From sequence record MZ170040.1: a stretch of DNA of 64,000 nt; one strand, 5' to 3'. Shown in pieces: positions 18,313 through 27,708 of the stretch (position 1 is its first letter; the number at the start of each line of letters is the position of its first letter). The stretch is from Escherichia phage vB_EcoM_FJ1. The position numbers and the translations under genes are program-made. The notes under the pieces were generated by a model that had not been told where the DNA came from, did no database searches, and was given only the letters and a program-made list of their open reading frames with translations.

Positions 18313-18950
18313 TGAATGAACCCCAATTACTAATTGAAACTTGGGGTCAACCTGGCGAAATTATTGATGGCGTACCAATGCTTGAATCTCATGATGGAAA
18401 AGACTTAGGTTTAAAACCGGGTTTATACATCGAAGGAATATTCATGCAAGCGGAAGTCGTCAATAGAAATAAACGTCTTTATCCAAAACGCATATTAGAA
18501 AAAGCGGTAAAAGACTATATTAATGAGCAAGTTTTAACTAAACAAGCTCTCGGAGAATTAAATCATCCTCCACGCGCTAATGTTGACCCGATGCAAGCCG
18601 CTATCATTATAGAAGATATGTGGTGGAAAGGAAATGACGTATACGGACGAGCTCGTGTTATTGAAGGTGACCATGGTCCTGGAGATAAATTAGCAGCTAA
18701 TATTCGTGCCGGATGGATTCCAGGAGTTTCTTCTCGTGGATTAGGTTCATTGACTGACACAAATAAAGGTTATCGTATCGTAAACGAAGGATTCAAATTA
18801 ACTGTAGGTGTTGATGCAGTATGGGGTCCAAGTGCTCCAGATGCATGGGTAACTCCTAAGGAAATTACCGAATCACAGACGGCGGAAGCCGATACAAGTG
18901 CCGATGACGCCTATATGGCTCTCGCAGAGGCCATGAAAAAAGCGTTATAA
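18312..18950 (+). CDS. 21: prohead core protease gp21
   Basis: 212 aa, matches T4 gp21. Confidence 0.9.
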   Translation: MNEPQLLIETWGQPGEIIDGVPMLESHDGKDLGLKPGLYIEGIFMQAEVVNRNKRLYPKRILEKAVKDYINEQVLTKQALGELNHPPRANVDPMQAAIIIEDMWWKGNDVYGRARVIEGDHGPGDKLAANIRAGWIPGVSSRGLGSLTDTNKGYRIVNEGFKLTVGVDAVWGPSAPDAWVTPKEITESQTAEADTSADDAYMALAEAMKKAL

Positions 18951-18953
18951 ATA
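18946..18953 (+). promoter_or_regulatory. late promoter TATAAATA for gene 22
   Basis: Exact TATAAATA overlapping gene 21 stop. Confidence 0.6.
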
Positions 18954-18980
18954 TTATTATCTAAACAACAGGACTACAAA

Positions 18981-19790
18981 ATGCTTAAAGAACAACTGAT
19001 TGCCGAAGCGCAGAAAATTGATGCTTCCGTTGCTCTTGATAGTATTTTCGAATCAGTTAATATTTCTCCGGAAGCAAAAGAAACTTTCGGCACTGTATTC
19101 GAAGCTACCGTCAAGCAGCACGCCGTTAAATTAGCTGAATCTCATATCGCTAAAATTGCTGAAAAAGCAGAAGAAGAAGTAGAAAAAAATAAAGAAGAAG
19201 CCGAAGAAAAAGCTGAGAAGAAAATCGCTGAGCAAGCTTCTAAATTCATTGACCATCTTGCGAAAGAATGGCTCGCTGAAAATAAATTAGCAGTTGATAA
19301 AGGCATCAAAGCCGAACTGTTTGAATCCATGCTCGGTGGATTAAAAGAGCTCTTTGTTGAACACAACGTTGTTGTTCCAGAAGAATCAGTTGATATTGTA
19401 GCTGAAATGGAAGAAGAGCTGCAAGAACATAAAGAAGAATCAGCTCGTCTGTTCGAAGAACTCAATAAGCGTGACGCATATATCAATTATGTGCAGCGTG
19501 AAGTGGCATTGAGCGAAAGTACTAAAGATCTGACTGAGTCTCAAAAAGAAAAAGTCTCTGCTCTGGTCGAAGGTATGGATTATTCAGATGCATTCTCAAG
19601 TAAATTGAGTGCAATCGTAGAAATGGTGAAGAAATCTAATAAAGATGAAAGCACTATTACTGAGAGTATAAATACTCCTGATACTGAAGCAGCCGGACTG
19701 AATTTCGTCACTGAAGCTGTAGAAGATAAAGCTGCACCTGGTGCAGAAGATATTGTAAGTGTATATGCGAAAGTCGCATCTCGTTTCTAA
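18981..19790 (+). CDS. 22: prohead scaffold core protein gp22
   Basis: 269 aa, highly charged Glu/Lys-rich, matches T4 gp22. Confidence 0.9.
   Translation: MLKEQLIAEAQKIDASVALDSIFESVNISPEAKETFGTVFEATVKQHAVKLAESHIAKIAEKAEEEVEKNKEEAEEKAEKKIAEQASKFIDHLAKEWLAENKLAVDKGIKAELFESMLGGLKELFVEHNVVVPEESVDIVAEMEEELQEHKEESARLFEELNKRDAYINYVQREVALSESTKDLTESQKEKVSALVEGMDYSDAFSSKLSAIVEMVKKSNKDESTITESINTPDTEAAGLNFVTEAVEDKAAPGAEDIVSVYAKVASRF
19667..19674 (+). promoter_or_regulatory. late promoter TATAAATA inside the 3' end of gene 22 (for gene 23)
   Basis: Exact TATAAATA spanning codons S229-T232 of gp22; nearest TATAAATA upstream of gene 23. Confidence 0.55.
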
Positions 19791-19808
19791 TTTTAAAGGT
19801 TAACACAA

Positions 19809-21374
19809 ATGACTATCAAAACTAAAGCTGAACTTTTGAACAAATGGAAGCCATTACTGGAAGGTGAAGGTTTACCGGAAATTGCTAATAGCAAACAAGC
19901 GATTATCGCTAAAATCTTTGAAAACCAGGAAAAAGATTTCCAGACAGCTCCAGAGTACAAAGACGAAAAAATCGCTCAGGCGTTCGGTTCTTTCTTAACA
20001 GAAGCTGAAATCGGTGGTGACCACGGTTACAATGCTACCAACATCGCTGCAGGTCAGACTTCTGGCGCAGTAACCCAGATTGGCCCGGCTGTTATGGGTA
20101 TGGTACGTCGTGCTATTCCTAACCTGATTGCTTTCGATATTTGCGGTGTTCAGCCGATGAACAGCCCGACTGGTCAGGTATTCGCACTGCGCGCAGTATA
20201 TGGTAAAGACCCAATCGCTTCCGGCGCTAAAGAAGCATTCCACCCAATGTATGGTCCAGATGCAATGTTCTCTGGTCAGGGTGCTGCTAAGAAATTCGCT
20301 GCTTTGAAAGCAAATGATACTCTTGAAGTCGGAACTATTTACACTCACTTCTTCCAGGAAACTGGTACAGTATATCTGCAAGCTACAGAAGCTAAACAAA
20401 TTGATTCTACTGCATCTGACGCAGCTAAATTAGATGCTGAAATTAAGAAACAAATGGAAGCTGGTGTACTGGTAGAAATCGCTGAAGGTATGGCTACTTC
20501 TATCGCTGAACTCCAGGAAGGTTTCAATGGCTCTACCGATAACCCATGGAATGAAATGGGCTTCCGTATCGATAAACAAGTTATCGAAGCTAAATCTCGT
20601 CAGCTGAAAGCTGCTTACTCTATTGAATTAGCACAAGACCTCCGCGCTGTTCACGGTATGGATGCTGATGCTGAACTGTCTGGTATTCTGGCTACAGAAA
20701 TTATGCTGGAAATCAACCGTGAAGTTGTTGATTGGATTAACTACTCCGCACAGGTTGGTAAATCTGGTATGACCCTGACTCCGGGTTCTAAAGCTGGTGT
20801 ATTTGACTTCCAGGACCCAATCGATATTCGTGGTGCTCGCTGGGCAGGTGAATCCTTTAAAGCTTTGTTGTTCCAGATTGACAAAGAAGCAGTTGAAATT
20901 GCTCGTCAGACCGGTCGTGGTGAAGGTAACTTCATTATCGCTTCCCGTAACGTAGTTAACGTTCTGGCTTCAGTTGATACCGGCATTTCTTATGCTGCAC
21001 AAGGTCTGGCTACCGGCTTTAACACTGATACTACCAAGTCAGTATTTGCTGGTGTTCTGGGTGGTAAATACCGCGTATATATCGACCAGTATGCTAAACA
21101 GGATTATTTCACTGTAGGTTATAAAGGTCCTAACGAAATGGATGCTGGTATTTACTATGCTCCATATGTAGCTCTGACTCCGCTGCGTGGTTCCGATCCG
21201 AAGAACTTCCAACCGGTAATGGGATTCAAAACTCGTTACGGTATCGGTATCAACCCATTTGCAGAATCCGCTGCTCAGGCTCCGGCTTCTCGCATCCAGA
21301 GCGGTATGCCTTCTATTCTGAATAGCCTTGGTAAAAACGCTTACTTCCGCCGTGTATATGTTAAAGGTATCTAA
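19809..21374 (+). CDS. 23: major capsid protein gp23
   Basis: 521 aa, matches T4 gp23. Confidence 0.95.
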   Translation: MTIKTKAELLNKWKPLLEGEGLPEIANSKQAIIAKIFENQEKDFQTAPEYKDEKIAQAFGSFLTEAEIGGDHGYNATNIAAGQTSGAVTQIGPAVMGMVRRAIPNLIAFDICGVQPMNSPTGQVFALRAVYGKDPIASGAKEAFHPMYGPDAMFSGQGAAKKFAALKANDTLEVGTIYTHFFQETGTVYLQATEAKQIDSTASDAAKLDAEIKKQMEAGVLVEIAEGMATSIAELQEGFNGSTDNPWNEMGFRIDKQVIEAKSRQLKAAYSIELAQDLRAVHGMDADAELSGILATEIMLEINREVVDWINYSAQVGKSGMTLTPGSKAGVFDFQDPIDIRGARWAGESFKALLFQIDKEAVEIARQTGRGEGNFIIASRNVVNVLASVDTGISYAAQGLATGFNTDTTKSVFAGVLGGKYRVYIDQYAKQDYFTVGYKGPNEMDAGIYYAPYVALTPLRGSDPKNFQPVMGFKTRYGIGINPFAESAAQAPASRIQSGMPSILNSLGKNAYFRRVYVKGI

Positions 21375-21389
21375 TCTTTGACGATTTAA

Positions 21390-21420
21390 GGGACCTTCGG
21401 GTCCCTTTAGTTGTTTTTAT
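21390..21420 (+). terminator. intrinsic terminator after gene 23
   Basis: GGGACC-TTCG-GGTCCC hairpin followed by T-rich tract. Confidence 0.65.
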
Positions 21421-21422
21421 GG

Positions 21423-21430
21423 TATAAATA
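21423..21430 (+). promoter_or_regulatory. late promoter TATAAATA for gene 24
   Basis: Exact TATAAATA 28 nt upstream of ATG. Confidence 0.65.
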
Positions 21431-21457
21431 AATCATATAAACCAAAAGGAAAGCGCA

Positions 21458-22741
21458 ATGGCTAAAATCAACGAACTTCTGCGCGAATCAACCACAACGA
21501 ATAGCAACTCAATCGGTCGCCCAAATCTCGTTGCTTTGACTCGCGCTACCACTAAATTAATATATTCTGACATTGTAGCAACGCAAAGAACTAATCAACC
21601 TGTTGCTGCTTTTTATGGTATCAAATACCTTAACCCAGATAACGAATTTACATTTAAAACTGGTGCTACTTATGCTGGCGAAGCTGGATATGTAGACCGA
21701 GAACAAATCACAGAATTAACAGAAGAGTCTAAATTAACTCTCAATAAAGGCGATTTATTCAAATATAATAATATCGTTTATAAAGTATTAGAAGATACAC
21801 CATTTGCTGATATTGAAGAAAGTGATTTAGAATTAGCTCTTCAGATTGCAATTGTTCTTTTAAAGGTTCGTCTATTTTCTGATGCTGCAGTAACAAGCAA
21901 ATTTGAAAGCTCTGATAGTGAAATTGCGGATGCTAGATTCCAGATTAATAAATGGCAAACCGCAGTTAAATCTCGTAAACTTAAAACTGGCATTACAGTT
22001 GAATTAGCACAAGATTTAGAAGCAAATGGATTCGATGCTCCTAATTTCTTGGAAGATTTGCTTGCAACCGAAATGGCAGATGAAATCAATAAAGATATTC
22101 TGCAGTCTTTGATTACAGTATCAAAACGTTATAAAGTTACAGGAATTACTGATACTGGATTCATTGATTTGAGTTATGCATCTGCACCTGAAGCGGGTCG
22201 TTCATTATATCGAATGGTATGTGAAATGGTTTCACATATCCAAAAAGAATCAACTTATACAGCAACGTTCTGTGTTGCTTCAGCTCGTGCTGCTGCGATT
22301 CTTGCTGCATCAGGTTGGTTAAAACATAAACCAGAAGATGATAAATATCTTTCACAAAATGCCTACGGGTTCTTAGCTAACGGTTTACCGCTTTATTGCG
22401 ATACTAACAGCCCATTAGATTATGTAATCGTTGGTGTAGTAGAAAATATCGGTGAAAAAGAAATTGTTGGATCAATTTTCTATGCTCCGTATACAGAAGG
22501 TCTCGACTTAGATGACCCTGAACATGTAGGTGCATTTAAAGTTGTTGTTGACCCAGAAAGTTTGCAGCCATCTATCGGTTTATTAGTTAGATATGCTTTA
22601 TCAGCAAATCCTTACACCGTAGCAAAAGATGAAAAAGAAGCAAGAGTAATTGATGGTGGAGACATGGATAAAATGGCGGGTCGTTCAGATTTGTCTGTTT
22701 TATTAGGTGTTAAGCTACCAAAAATTATCATTGATGAATAA
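21458..22741 (+). CDS. 24: capsid vertex protein gp24
   Basis: 427 aa, matches T4 gp24. Confidence 0.95.
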   Translation: MAKINELLRESTTTNSNSIGRPNLVALTRATTKLIYSDIVATQRTNQPVAAFYGIKYLNPDNEFTFKTGATYAGEAGYVDREQITELTEESKLTLNKGDLFKYNNIVYKVLEDTPFADIEESDLELALQIAIVLLKVRLFSDAAVTSKFESSDSEIADARFQINKWQTAVKSRKLKTGITVELAQDLEANGFDAPNFLEDLLATEMADEINKDILQSLITVSKRYKVTGITDTGFIDLSYASAPEAGRSLYRMVCEMVSHIQKESTYTATFCVASARAAAILAASGWLKHKPEDDKYLSQNAYGFLANGLPLYCDTNSPLDYVIVGVVENIGEKEIVGSIFYAPYTEGLDLDDPEHVGAFKVVVDPESLQPSIGLLVRYALSANPYTVAKDEKEARVIDGGDMDKMAGRSDLSVLLGVKLPKIIIDE

Positions 22742-22747
22742 AACAAA

Positions 22748-22768
22748 GGGACCTTTCGGTCCCTTTTT
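22748..22768. terminator. terminator hairpin between convergent genes 24 (+) and rnlB (-)
   Basis: GGGACC-TTTC-GGTCCC followed by TTTTTATTT. Confidence 0.65.
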
Positions 22769-22770
22769 AT

Positions 22771-23775
22771 TTAACTTACCAATTCAATCCAAGCCGGACG
22801 AAGTACATCTTGTACCATTTTAACTAATTCCTTTTTAATCAAAGAAGGATTATCCGCTTGAGTTAGAGTAATACCTTCACGAGAAGTTTCTTCCAAAATA
22901 TCTTGAACAGTTAGTCCCATCACCTTTCCAAAATCTTTTGGACCAATTTCGCCAATTTTAGAAATAACGTTATTTACTCGGTTTAGTGTAACGTAACAAG
23001 CTAAAATCCCCACCAATTTGTTATCAGCTTCTGACAGTTCAACTTTAGCTTTAATAGGCTTATCAGACTTTTTCTTTTCACTAAATTTAGAATTCTTGCA
23101 TTTGATGGCTACACGATTGCGATTAGGCAGCCAAGAAGGATAACAAGGTTTCAATACATATCCTTCAGCGGTAAATACTTCGTCTTTGGCTTCAGCTTTC
23201 CAAACACATTTGTTAGCGTCAATTAAACCTGCATTATCTACGGTAAAATTATAAGACGGAACAACAGAATCCAAATCATTTGGCAATTTAATAAGCTCTT
23301 CAAATTTACCGCGACCTAAAAGTGGAGCCATTTTAAATTTAAATGTATTGCAGAATGATTCCATCATATAATCGTCGACATAAGTCACATCACCACTTTC
23401 TGTAGTGACAATAATGTCAAATACATAAAAATCTTTATCACCATAATCAACATTCTTCTGAATGCCAGGTCCAGCGAATTCGCCAAAGACTTGATAAGAC
23501 ACAACCGCTGAGGTTTCCATAATATCTTGTACTGCTTTAATGGAATCAGCGTAATTCTTTAGAATAATTTCATACCCAAAGAAATCTTCAGCAGGAAGAA
23601 TAGGACCAGTACGTTTAGCGCAAGTTACTTTATCGCGCTCAATAATCAACGAGAAATTTGTACCATGAATCTTTTCACGAGCTACCCATTCGCCGCCAGT
23701 CAATCCCAAGCTATAAAGTTTTTCAATAAATTTAGAGTTGTAATGATTTTCAAGACTGCTATACTTTTTAAACAT
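22771..23775 (-). CDS. rnlB: RNA ligase 2
   Basis: 334 aa; sequence recognised as T4 Rnl2. Confidence 0.95.
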   Translation of the reverse strand: MFKKYSSLENHYNSKFIEKLYSLGLTGGEWVAREKIHGTNFSLIIERDKVTCAKRTGPILPAEDFFGYEIILKNYADSIKAVQDIMETSAVVSYQVFGEFAGPGIQKNVDYGDKDFYVFDIIVTTESGDVTYVDDYMMESFCNTFKFKMAPLLGRGKFEELIKLPNDLDSVVPSYNFTVDNAGLIDANKCVWKAEAKDEVFTAEGYVLKPCYPSWLPNRNRVAIKCKNSKFSEKKKSDKPIKAKVELSEADNKLVGILACYVTLNRVNNVISKIGEIGPKDFGKVMGLTVQDILEETSREGITLTQADNPSLIKKELVKMVQDVLRPAWIELVS

Positions 23776-23784
23776 AATTAATCC

Positions 23785-24063
23785 TCAAAATGTAATTTCT
23801 AACCAATCACCATCACGCTGATCACTATTAACTTTAAAGATGAATCCTTCTTTTCTCAGCCAATCACCAATTTCTTCAGTAATCAATTTATCGCGAGCAG
23901 TACAATAATAACTAAAATATGTTTTACCTTGTTCAGCTGCTTTATTAGCAAGTTCCGAAAAATCTTTAATAAAACACTCTAGCTTAAACTGTTTACTTTT
24001 GAATGCTTTTTCGCGTAATTGATTAGCAAAAGATTCATTTTCATAAAGATCATACTGTTCCAT
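23785..24063 (-). CDS. hypothetical protein (T4 24.2 position)
   Basis: 92 aa ATG ORF, conserved position between rnlB and hoc. Confidence 0.6.
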   Translation of the reverse strand: MEQYDLYENESFANQLREKAFKSKQFKLECFIKDFSELANKAAEQGKTYFSYYCTARDKLITEEIGDWLRKEGFIFKVNSDQRDGDWLEITF

Positions 24064-24265
24064 TTTTCACCTTTTTATTGATATGTCTTTTTCTATAGAC
24101 AACTTTTTCTCGAGTTTCAAATTTATTCTTAGCAGTCATAGCTCGAGCCCATAATACAGCCACCTCTTTTGCCTGTAAGTTCAATTCACGAGCAATTTCA
24201 ATGAATGACTTTCCAGACTCATGGAGAGTAAACACCACAACCTCAGTTCTCATAATCAATCTCAT
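24050..24265 (-). CDS. hypothetical small protein with helix-turn-helix-like segment (T4 24.3 position)
   Basis: 71 aa ATG ORF; segment GKSFIEIARELNLQAKEV resembles an HTH. Confidence 0.55.
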   Translation of the reverse strand: MRLIMRTEVVVFTLHESGKSFIEIARELNLQAKEVAVLWARAMTAKNKFETREKVVYRKRHINKKVKNGTV

Positions 24266-24320
24266 GTTATCGAGTTGGTGCCATTATATACATCATTTTC
24301 TGAGTGTGTTTTGTGTGCTT

Positions 24321-24348
24321 TCAAAATGAAGAAAGGGGCCGAAGCCCC
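24321..24348 (-). terminator. intrinsic terminator after hoc
   Basis: On minus strand GGGGC-UUCG-GCCCC followed by TTTCTTCATTTT. Confidence 0.6.
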
Positions 24349-24354
24349 TTATGA

Positions 24355-26349
24355 TTATGGATAGGTATAGATGATACCAGTTTCTAAAGCAGTTTTATGA
24401 ATGATGTATCCATTACGCGATTCTTGGACATCAACTTCTGGATAGTCTTTCATCATCTTCTGAAGAGTGTAACGATGCAGGTAGTATTTACTATCTGGAT
24501 CGTCAGTTTTCCAATCTTTACCTTCTTCGGTCATTTTTTGGATTTCATCCATAACCCACCAACCGCACCAGATGTAAGCTGAAGTGCGATGTGGAAGAGG
24601 ATGAACATAAGGCAATTCACCTTCTGGTTCTGGAGCAACTTTATCAGTTACCTGAACTTGACCTTCTGCTGTGATAGTTTTGCTATCATAATCAGTAGCA
24701 GTAACAGTTGCAGTAACTTCAATAGTTTGACTTCCAATAGATGATGTATCAACAGTGTATACATTAGTTGACCCTTCTACTGGAGAAGAATCTTTCTTCC
24801 ATGAATATTCGATTTGTGCTTCTTCTGGAGCATCCGTAACATTAGCAGTAAATGTAGCCGAAGCATCTTGCTGAACGTTAATAGAAGGAGGAGTCAATGT
24901 AACCCGTGGATTCATTGTTTTCTTATTAACAGTCAATGATACTTCATTAGAAGTAACTTCCTTTTCATTGTAATTTTCTGCAGTTACTTGCGCTACACAC
25001 TTAACTGTTTTAGCTCCAACTGTGGTAGGAGTATAGTTAAATGTAGTAGTAGTTTCTCCATCGACCAGAGAACCGTCAACATACCACTGATACGTAGCAG
25101 ACGCTCCTGGTGGCTGTGAAGCCAAGGCAGCAGTAAATTGAACTGGGGTTCCAATTACTGCTGCAGCAGGATTAGCAGGAGTTACGGCTAACGTAGTTGT
25201 CTGTGTTTTCTTATTAACTGTTAATGATACTTCATTAGAAGTAACTGTTTTTGCGTCATAATCTGTTGCTGTTACTTGCGCTACACATTTAATTCTTTTT
25301 ACTCCACTTGTAGTTGGAGTATAGCTAAATGTAGCAGAAGTCGCTTCACCAATTTGAGAATCATCTACATACCACTGATACGTAGCAGATGCCCCATCAG
25401 GTTGAGAAGCTAAGGCAGCAGTAAATTCAACGGCTGTTCCAATTACTCCTGCTGGAGGACTATCAGGAGTTACAGATAGGGTAGTCGTTTGTGTTTTCTT
25501 GTTAACAGTCAAAGATACTTCATTCGAAGTAACTTCCTTTTCATTGTAATTTTCAGCAGTTACTTGGGCTACGCATTTAATTCTTTTAACCCCACTTGTA
25601 GTTGGAGTGTAATTGAACGTAGCATTAGTTTCTCCACCAACTTGTGAATCATCTACATACCACTGATACGTAGCAGATGCTCCTAGCGGCTGCGAAGCTA
25701 AGGCAGCAGTAAATTGAACTGGGGTTCCAATTACTCCTGCTGGAGGACTATCAGGAGTTACTGCCAAAGTAGTCGTCTGCGTCTTTTTATTAACAGTCAG
25801 TGATACTTCATTAGAAGTAACGCTTAGTGTATCATAATCTGCCGCAGTTACTTGAGCTACACACTTGATTTTTTTAACTCCGCTTGTGTCAGGAGTGTAA
25901 TTGAATGTAGCGTCAGTTGCTTCGTCTACAGGAGAACCGTCAACGTGCCATTGATACGTAGCGTTTGCACCTGATGGCTGTGAAGCTAAGGCAGCGGTAA
26001 ATTGAACTGGGGTTCCAATCACTCCAGCATCAGGGCTACCAGGAGTTACTGCCAACGTAGTTGACTGAGTTTTATTTTGAACTGTGATAGTTGTACTAAT
26101 TTCAGCTGTTTCAGGTTCAGATTCTGCAACTTGATTGGTTGCAACTACTTTAATAGTCTTTTGACCGGCAGGTCCTTTTAGTACATAACTAAAAGTTGCT
26201 GACGTTTCTTCCTGTGGAGCGTCGTCTACAGTCCAAGCATATGTAATAGGTCCATCTCCAGTTTGACCACTGGGTGTAGCAGTAAACTGCTGAGTCTGAT
26301 CTATAACTCCAGTAGGTGTTTTAGGAGTTATATCAACTGTAAAAGTCAT
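24355..26349 (-). CDS. hoc: highly immunogenic outer capsid protein Hoc, expanded form with extra Ig-like domains
   Basis: 664 aa; N- and C-terminal regions recognised as Hoc; internal 4 x 96-aa tandem units. Confidence 0.9.
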   Translation of the reverse strand: MTFTVDITPKTPTGVIDQTQQFTATPSGQTGDGPITYAWTVDDAPQEETSATFSYVLKGPAGQKTIKVVATNQVAESEPETAEISTTITVQNKTQSTTLAVTPGSPDAGVIGTPVQFTAALASQPSGANATYQWHVDGSPVDEATDATFNYTPDTSGVKKIKCVAQVTAADYDTLSVTSNEVSLTVNKKTQTTTLAVTPDSPPAGVIGTPVQFTAALASQPLGASATYQWYVDDSQVGGETNATFNYTPTTSGVKRIKCVAQVTAENYNEKEVTSNEVSLTVNKKTQTTTLSVTPDSPPAGVIGTAVEFTAALASQPDGASATYQWYVDDSQIGEATSATFSYTPTTSGVKRIKCVAQVTATDYDAKTVTSNEVSLTVNKKTQTTTLAVTPANPAAAVIGTPVQFTAALASQPPGASATYQWYVDGSLVDGETTTTFNYTPTTVGAKTVKCVAQVTAENYNEKEVTSNEVSLTVNKKTMNPRVTLTPPSINVQQDASATFTANVTDAPEEAQIEYSWKKDSSPVEGSTNVYTVDTSSIGSQTIEVTATVTATDYDSKTITAEGQVQVTDKVAPEPEGELPYVHPLPHRTSAYIWCGWWVMDEIQKMTEEGKDWKTDDPDSKYYLHRYTLQKMMKDYPEVDVQESRNGYIIHKTALETGIIYTYP
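24925..26076 (-). repeat. four in-frame tandem 288-bp repeats inside hoc, each encoding one Ig-like domain
   Basis: Protein units begin NK(K)TQ(S/T)TTL and end SNEVSLTVN at residues 92, 188, 284, 380; 288-bp periodicity visible in DNA. Confidence 0.85.
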
Positions 26350-26358
26350 AAGTTATCC

Positions 26359-27039
26359 TTATTTTAATGTTACGAAAGAAGAATTGCGTGTTTCACGAAT
26401 TAAAACTGATCCGTCACGGTTAATGTAATAAATTAAGCTAAATAAAGTTTGGTGTGCTGACGCATGCTCAAAACTAGTTGGGTGAGATTTCCAATCCGGA
26501 GTTTCAGCAATCCATTGATAAATCCACCAAGGAACAGTGCAGAATCCTGGATTTTTTCCAATCAACTGAAGATTAGGACTAAAGTTTTCCGGAAGAGTAA
26601 ATACAGACGGCTTTTCAGATTCAATAATCTCAGCTACAGCCTGTTCAAACTTTTCTTCAACAAAGGGAGTATCTTCAATCAAAACTGAAGTATTTTCAGG
26701 AATTTTATCCGTTTCTACTACTTCAATTTTAATGTCAGATTTAACCGGAGAATCAATCAGAAGTGCTGCTTCTGGATTGACTTCTTCATCGTCATATTTT
26801 AACCCCTCTGCAGCATCAGCAGCATCAATTAAGTCTTTAATAGATAACCCATCAGTCTCTGGCATAGGTTCACTAGCAAGCTTCTGGAGGGCTTCTTCAA
26901 TATCAACAACGATATTATCAAAAGATTTATTCTTTTTGACCTTTATACCAAACTGTTCAGCATATTCAGCTAATTTAGCTTTAGCTTCTTTATTATCATC
27001 AAGAGCCTTCAGCTCTGCAATATAATCTTTATCTATCAT
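26359..27039 (-). CDS. inh: inhibitor of prohead protease gp21
   Basis: 226 aa, matches T4 Inh length and position next to hoc. Confidence 0.85.
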   Translation of the reverse strand: MIDKDYIAELKALDDNKEAKAKLAEYAEQFGIKVKKNKSFDNIVVDIEEALQKLASEPMPETDGLSIKDLIDAADAAEGLKYDDEEVNPEAALLIDSPVKSDIKIEVVETDKIPENTSVLIEDTPFVEEKFEQAVAEIIESEKPSVFTLPENFSPNLQLIGKNPGFCTVPWWIYQWIAETPDWKSHPTSFEHASAHQTLFSLIYYINRDGSVLIRETRNSSFVTLK

Positions 27040-27052
27040 AATATTTCCTCAG

Positions 27053-27060
27053 TATAAATA
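27053..27060 (+). promoter_or_regulatory. late promoter-like TATAAATA upstream of segE
   Basis: Exact TATAAATA 28 nt upstream of the segE ATG. Confidence 0.45.
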
Positions 27061-27088
27061 TAGATATATTTATTACTCGGAAAATAGT

Positions 27089-27706
27089 ATGTACCACTTT
27101 GTATATGAAACAACAAATCTAATAAATGGTAAAAAGTATATAGGAAAGCACTCTACTGATGACTTGAATGATGGTTACCTTGGTTCCGGTAAGGCAATTC
27201 AGCAGGCTATAAAGAAATATGGTGAAAACAATTTCTCTAGAACAATACTAAAAGAGTTTAAAACTTCCGAAGAAGCGTACATGTATGAAGAAAAAATTAT
27301 AACTCCTGAACTAATAAAAAGCAAAAATTACTATAATATGAAACCTGGTGGAATTGGTGGAATTGTTATGACTACAGATGTTATAGCAAAGATGAAAGAA
27401 TCTTCCGCTAAAAGATTTGAAAACTCACCGGGCACGGTATTAGGTAAAACTTGTTATACTAATGGAACTAAAAATATTTTTATTAAACCTGGAGAACTTG
27501 TTCCAGAAGGATTTGTAAAAGGGATGGTTCATCCTAATAGAAAGTCCAGAAAAGGATGTAAAGTCAAACCGACTACCACAGGAACTTTTTGGGTCAATAA
27601 TGGCGCAATAAATAAATTAATACAACCAGACGGTATTATTCCCGACGGATTTATTAAAGGTCGTCTCATGAAAAGAGATTCTAAAGGCAAATTTAGTAAG
27701 GCATAA
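27089..27706 (+). CDS. segE: GIY-YIG homing endonuclease SegE
   Basis: 205 aa; GIY-YIG-type motif (VYETTNLINGKKYIGKH); position between inh and uvsW as in T4. Confidence 0.85.
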   Translation: MYHFVYETTNLINGKKYIGKHSTDDLNDGYLGSGKAIQQAIKKYGENNFSRTILKEFKTSEEAYMYEEKIITPELIKSKNYYNMKPGGIGGIVMTTDVIAKMKESSAKRFENSPGTVLGKTCYTNGTKNIFIKPGELVPEGFVKGMVHPNRKSRKGCKVKPTTTGTFWVNNGAINKLIQPDGIIPDGFIKGRLMKRDSKGKFSKA

Positions 27707-27708
27707 TT

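Noticed and set aside
24925-26076. Possible CRISPR array suggested by the 288-bp periodic repeats
   Set aside because: Repeats are long, divergent, in-frame and protein-coding (Hoc Ig-like domains); no short direct repeats with unique spacers anywhere in the window
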